Source of the DNA: Rhynchopus sp. YZ270_cl-10
Taxonomy: Eukaryota
DNA: 64,000 bases
Direction: 5' to 3'
NCBI GenBank assembly: GCA_964035575.1
Contig: OZ037844.1
Span: 1,488,001-1,552,000, forward strand
The notes beneath the pieces are model-generated. The model searched no databases and was not told the origin of the DNA. It worked only from the letters and a program-made list of their open reading frames with translations. The stretch's first letter is position 1; each line of letters begins with the position of its first letter. The position numbers and the translations under genes are program-made. Shown here one piece after another: positions 58,837 to 64,000 of this stretch.

Positions 58837-59823
58837 ATGCTTGAGGTTGCTTCTCAAATGTCAGCAGAACTACCACCCACTTGCACCCTACAAGACACCA
58901 CCACCACCTCCCCAACACCAACCTCCGCAAACGTCACCTCCTTCACCTGCAAAATCAAAGCAAGCGTCATTGCGGTCACACGCTGTGGGAAACGCCTGGC
59001 TGTGCTTTTCCGTGGCGAGTCTGTCTCCTATTATGATACCGAGACCGGAACATGCCTTTGGGAAGCACCTAACGGAGACCGTTTCATGGGCCGTGAAGGT
59101 GTAGGCATATCGCACTGCGGCCGCTGGGTTGCTGCCACATGCCAGCACAACGCCCGCATCTTCGACGCAGCGGACGGCACCCTCATCCACACCCTCTCCG
59201 GCCACGACACACACCTCTACACGCTTGCATTCACTCACTCTGGAGGGTCCGTTATCTCTGCTGGCAAAGGCGGGGTGCTCAAGCTGTGGGACAACTCCAC
59301 TGGTCTCTGTATCAACACAATGGAAGGGCACAGCGGGGATGTGTACAAAGTAGTCACAACACCTGAAATCATTTTGTCGTGCTCATTGGATACGACGTTA
59401 CGGATGTGGGGGTTGGATGGAAGTGAAGCGAAGGTTTTGGAGGGGCACTCCGACCCAATTCTTGGAGTAGCTGTAGGCGACTGTGGTGGGGTCGCGGTGA
59501 GTCTTGGGGTGCAAGGGGAGTTACGAATCTGGGCGCTTCCCGACGGAGTCTGTGTGCACATAGTCTCAACAGGGGGTGTGCCCCTCAACGTCGCCATGTC
59601 TTCAACAGGAGGCTACTTCGTGGTCGCTCTCAGCTCCTCGGTGGCCTTTTGGGATCTCGCAAGCGCTGAACGCATTTCAGTAACCCCAGAAAAAATGCTC
59701 GGTATGGTAGTCACGCCCTGCGGCCGTTGGATGTTCAAACGGACCAGAAACGAGGTGTGCCCTGCCCCCATCGACAAAGACTTTGTGGCTACAGCAAGGA
59801 AGCAGGCTGCACTTCTCGGGTAG
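58837..59823 (+). CDS. WD40-repeat protein
   Basis: TLSGHDTH..SAGKGGVLKLWD, MEGHSGDV..SCSLDTTLRMWG, LEGHSDPI..GELRIWA. First ATG at 58837. Confidence 0.9.
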   Translation: MLEVASQMSAELPPTCTLQDTTTTSPTPTSANVTSFTCKIKASVIAVTRCGKRLAVLFRGESVSYYDTETGTCLWEAPNGDRFMGREGVGISHCGRWVAATCQHNARIFDAADGTLIHTLSGHDTHLYTLAFTHSGGSVISAGKGGVLKLWDNSTGLCINTMEGHSGDVYKVVTTPEIILSCSLDTTLRMWGLDGSEAKVLEGHSDPILGVAVGDCGGVAVSLGVQGELRIWALPDGVCVHIVSTGGVPLNVAMSSTGGYFVVALSSSVAFWDLASAERISVTPEKMLGMVVTPCGRWMFKRTRNEVCPAPIDKDFVATARKQAALLG

Positions 59824-60083
59824 TTGGGAGGGGGGGTGTTTGAGGGGGAGGGGGATTTTGAATTTGCCATATTTTTGAGGTGGGATGTGATCATAAAGAC
59901 GTAGGGCTGGGTTGGGGGGGGCAAAGGAACGTTTTATAGAAAGCGAGGTGGGGGGGTGTTGTGGTGTGTGCGTTTTTTGTGTTGTCTCAGACTACATTGT
60001 TGGGAGAAAATTAATGCACAACAAAAGCGTAGAATTCAAGGTGGTGTCTACAATTTGTCCATTTTTCAAAAAAGATACAAAAT

Positions 60084-60819
60084 GGGGAGATCCGGGTGCC
60101 CGCAACAACAATATTCACAAGCAATCACAAAAAATAAATCCTATTCACAAAAAATCACAAACAATCACAAACAAAAAATCTTATTCACACAAAATCACAA
60201 AAAATAAATCCTATTCGCAAAAAATCACAAACGATCACAAACGATCACAAAAAATCACAAAAATCACAAAAAATCACAAGCAATCACAAAAAAAAAAAAT
60301 CCTATTCACAAACAATCACAAAAAATCACAAACAAAAAATCTTATTCACAAAAAATCACACAAAATCACAAAAAATAAATCCTATTCACAAAAAATCACA
60401 AGTAATCACAAAAAAAAAATCCTATTCACAAAAAATCACAAAAAATCACAAAAAATCAAAAAGAATCACATCCACTTTTTGTGATTTTTTGTGATTTTTT
60501 TGTGATTGTTTGTGATTTTTTGTGAATAGGATTTATTTTTTGTGATTTTGTGTGATTTTTTGTGAATAAGATTTTTTGTTTGTGATTTTTTGTGATTGTT
60601 TGTGAATAGGATTTTTTTTTTGTGATTGCTTGTGATTTTTTGTGATTTTTGTGATTTTTTGTGATTTTTTGTGAATAGGATTTTTTTTTTTGTGATTTTT
60701 TGTATTTATTTTGTGTGATTTGTTGTGATTTGTTGTGATTTGTTGTGATTTGTTGTGATTTGTTGTGATTTTTTGTGATTTTTTGTGAATATTGTTGTTG
60801 CGGGCACCCGGATCTCCCC
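60084..60819. mobile_element. Foldback element built of AAAATCACA repeats
   Basis: Perfect ~36-bp outer TIR GGGGAGATCCGGGTGCCCGCAACAACAATATTCACAA; the arms mirror each other to a centre near 60472; flanks ACAAAAT / ACAAAAC (probable 7-bp TSD, one mismatch). Confidence 0.9.
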
Positions 60820-61610
60820 ACAAAACAGTTTTGTTCTGCCTGAGCTGTTTTTTGGTGTTTTTTTTTCTTCAAAAATTCTTTCAATTGTGATATTTTTGTG
60901 TTCTTTTTTTCAACTCTCTCAATGGGGAGGAGATTTGTGTTCAAAAAACGAATGAGGCATTGTTGCAGTTATGTTGCTTTTTATGGTGCTCCGGGAGGGG
61001 TCGATATTGACAGGTCGCCGACAGGTCGTTGACCGATTTCCGGAAGCATTTTAAAATACCACCTCTATGTTCAGCAGGGGTCGGGGATAATACATTTCCC
61101 TGAAATTTGCTTTTGCGAATGCGAAAAAGTGTGCCTGCAATAGTAGAAATTACCGCAATAGTGGTATTTCTCTTTTTTTTTGTTGTGTCGACAATCACCT
61201 GCATAGTGCAGGATCTGTACTCAATGTCGCCCAAAGGCTACTTTTTTTATTTTATTTTTTTTTGGATGACTACGTGCGTATTACTGTGCCCCTTTTTAGC
61301 TTTTTATTTTTGTAATGGAGTGCGGTGATTTTGTTCTGTCAAAACGTCTCTAGATGTCATCGCAACAGCTCCCACCTTTTTTTTTGACAACATCTTTTAG
61401 TTGTCAGTAAAGAGATTGGGCGCGCTTTGGGGAAAAAACAAAACAAAACGGAAAACAAAAGCATACTTTTGTAATTGGCTGCGTTGATTCGCTTTTTGAT
61501 TTTCGAAAACACCCAACACCAATTGCAGTTCACACCCTTTGCCACCTTTTTTTTTGTTACACACCCAGCTTTGAGCGCACAAAAGCCCAATTTTTTTATA
61601 TAGTGATCAA

Positions 61611-61641
61611 GGTGCCTAATCATGAGAGGCTTAGGTTCATC
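61611..61641 (+). other. Recurrent bulged stem-loop motif (copy)
   Basis: GGTGCCTAATC atgagag GCTTAG GT TCATC; a further degenerate copy lies at 62083-62118. Confidence 0.7.
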
Positions 61642-64000
61642 TTACAAAACCCCACCCCCTTTCATCTTTTCAAGAACAACAGTGGCAGGACACGTTCCTA
61701 TATTCCTATATGCAGCCCTATCCTGCAAGCATTAGGTTAGAGCTCATAAGCGAAGTCAGTTTTTTTGCTTAGTTTTTGACTCTATTTTACATGTTTTTTG
61801 GCCCTTCAAGCTAATCGAAAAGACTTTTGCACCGTGGTAAATGCACCGAACACCAATTCGCGGTGGAAGTACCACCAGGCCGACAAGGTGAACGAAACTA
61901 AACAGTAGGCGAAAAAAAACAACAACACTCCCAAGTGAGAATGTGTGCGGTCTTCGCCCCCAAAACGTTTTGCTTACTATGTATAACTCAACCAAGAATG
62001 GTGTGGATGAATCGGGGGGGTGCTATTTTCTGCTATTTCGGGTTGGTCAGCCACACCAAATAAGTATCTTTTGCGTGCCAATAGTGACTAAGCAATGAGA
62101 GGCTTATGGGGGTACATCTCAGAGGCCTTTCTTTTTTTAGGTGTATTGTTGCGAGAGGGCTTTTGTATTTCAACATTTTCATTCCCCATCACCCCGTTTC
62201 TCAAAAAACCTTTTCCGTTACCAAAAAAAAGGGACAAAAAAAACCGTGACGCCTGTCTTTTACTCAAACCATTATATTCCTCACCCCTTTCCCGCTCCCC
62301 TCTCACCCCGGCTTCTTTTTCTCTGTGCTTTCATCCGGATGGCTGGCATCGTACAGCGGGTCAGTCGGAGGTGCCTGCATCAACAACTTCACTTCTCTGC
62401 CAAAAAAAAGGTCATTCGGGGCAGATGCAGAGCAGGCCAGTAGTGTGCCCCTTTCGATAGAACACTAGGTTTTGCTGAGTCAGCGAGCTGGACGTAGATT
62501 ACCTTTAGCTCCTGAGGGTGCGTTTGCGCTTGACGATTTGGGACGCCTCCAGGAAGGTTGCACAGAGCTGACCCATTTTGTTCCAGAGCACAGAGCACAG
62601 AGGCGGGACTGCTGATTTCCTCTATCCATATAAGGGCTACCCTTTTTTCTGGCAGCGAGAGTTGAGCCGAAGCTACGATATGCGCATTGCATTCAGCAAT
62701 GCTGTGAAGCACGAAAAAAGGAAGATGTATATGGGGTGCAGTGGAGGAAGGGAGGGGGGGGAGGAATAAAACCCTCAACAGGGGTTTTCAGAAAAACACA
62801 AAAAAAAGAAAACGGAGGGCCACAGTATTGAGTACCATTTGTAAAGTACTGGGACTCTAAACAAAACGGAGGGCGTCGGGCTGCTATATCTTTTTATCTC
62901 CTACTCTGTAAGGGTAGAAGCCGGGGAGGGCCGGGGGAACAAAATAGTCACCACATTCAGCAGAAACAAATATTTTGTTTGCGTTTTTTTCTCGCCCCCC
63001 CCCTCCCCCGCACGAACCTTTCGCACTAACGGTGCCAAAGACCTCCCCCCGCATTTTCCCCTTTTTGATTTTGTTTGTTTCTTTTTGACCTCTAAGAGTA
63101 CGATCATAAACACAAAAAAATGATTTTTTTTTTTTTTTGAATTTCCTTTTTTTGGAAAAACTACCTTTTGTTTCTGTGATACGGTGCAGGGGCAGGTGTG
63201 AACTCTGCACACAAAACTCACACTTTTCCCTCTGAATTCGAACTATTCCACCACCAACCCCCTTTTCCGCGAAGAGACATGCCAGGTTCCAACCAGCGTT
63301 CCCCGCACGAGAAACGGGAGAGTGGCGAGAAGATGTGTACCCTGTTAAAATGGGGCAGCTTCATCTTTCAAGACCTTTTTCAACACAAATTTTTCAACAC
63401 AGAATTTTTTTTTTGCGAGAAAAAATAGAAAAGAACAAAAGGTCCAACCAACAGTATCGACCTGCCAGGTCCTTTTCTCCCCCATTTTTTTTCCTCTCTC
63501 TGCAGCGTTTTCCATACAATGCAACGAGGCCGAGTAAACCTCGCTAAGGCCAGATACGTGCGTGGCTGCTGCGCACTAAAAACTTACAATCACGCCTCAG
63601 CCACGCCTCAGATCGATCTTCCATCCACCGACATTGCCTATTTTCAAAAGCGTAGTCGGCCTCGATTGCATTGTGTGGGTTTCTCCTTCTTTTTGCAATT
63701 AGGAACCACTCTCTTATCACAACCCTTTAAAATTCCACTCCCCCCTTTTCTTATTTTTTTTTTTTTTTTGTTTTTTTTTTTTTTTTTTTTGCATTTGCGC
63801 GAGGGAGCACTTTTGCACTTTGAACTTGACTTTTTATTGTCATAGCGTGCCTTCGTCTGCCTGCATCTGCCATCATATCTCTTTTTAAAGAACTTCATGC
63901 GAACTCAATAATTCTTCCTGACAGTTTTTTTTTTTTGCACTTTGAACTTCTCTTTTTGCACTGCGCTGTTGTACATGCACATGACATGATATTACTTAAT

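Noticed and set aside
59912..60944. Lys/Ile/Thr/His-rich ORFs
   Set aside because: Arise from the AAAATCACA repeats of a foldback element.

Overview
Eukaryotic, repeat-rich window. Every credible gene lies on the + strand; together with the C/T-rich upstream tracts and a Pro/Thr-linker secreted protein this suggests a euglenozoan, diplonemid-like protist, which is inference only. The first 41 kb hold a tandem array of six long ankyrin-repeat genes: four intact, one frameshifted partial copy and one nonsense pseudogene. They are built from a ~99-aa three-repeat module with a near-invariant framework, hypervariable binding-face positions and modules shuffled between paralogs; intact copies end in a short transmembrane tail. 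A C2-domain gene sits inside the array. Downstream are a full ABCA transporter, a secreted LamG + Pro/Thr linker + four PLAT-like domain protein and a WD40 protein; the first two each carry one GT-AG intron of exactly 191 nt. Intergenic DNA is packed with nested non-autonomous TIR elements of several end types, perfect CAGTA-core satellites (5-, 7- and 9-mers) lying inside those elements, a poly(A) retroposon, a DIRS-type RNase H relic and an OTU-motif relic. A recurrent, strand-polarised ~32-nt bulged hairpin (GGTGMCTAAGC...GCTTAG-GT-TCATC) with compensatory changes occurs about 10 times and is the most unexplained signal.
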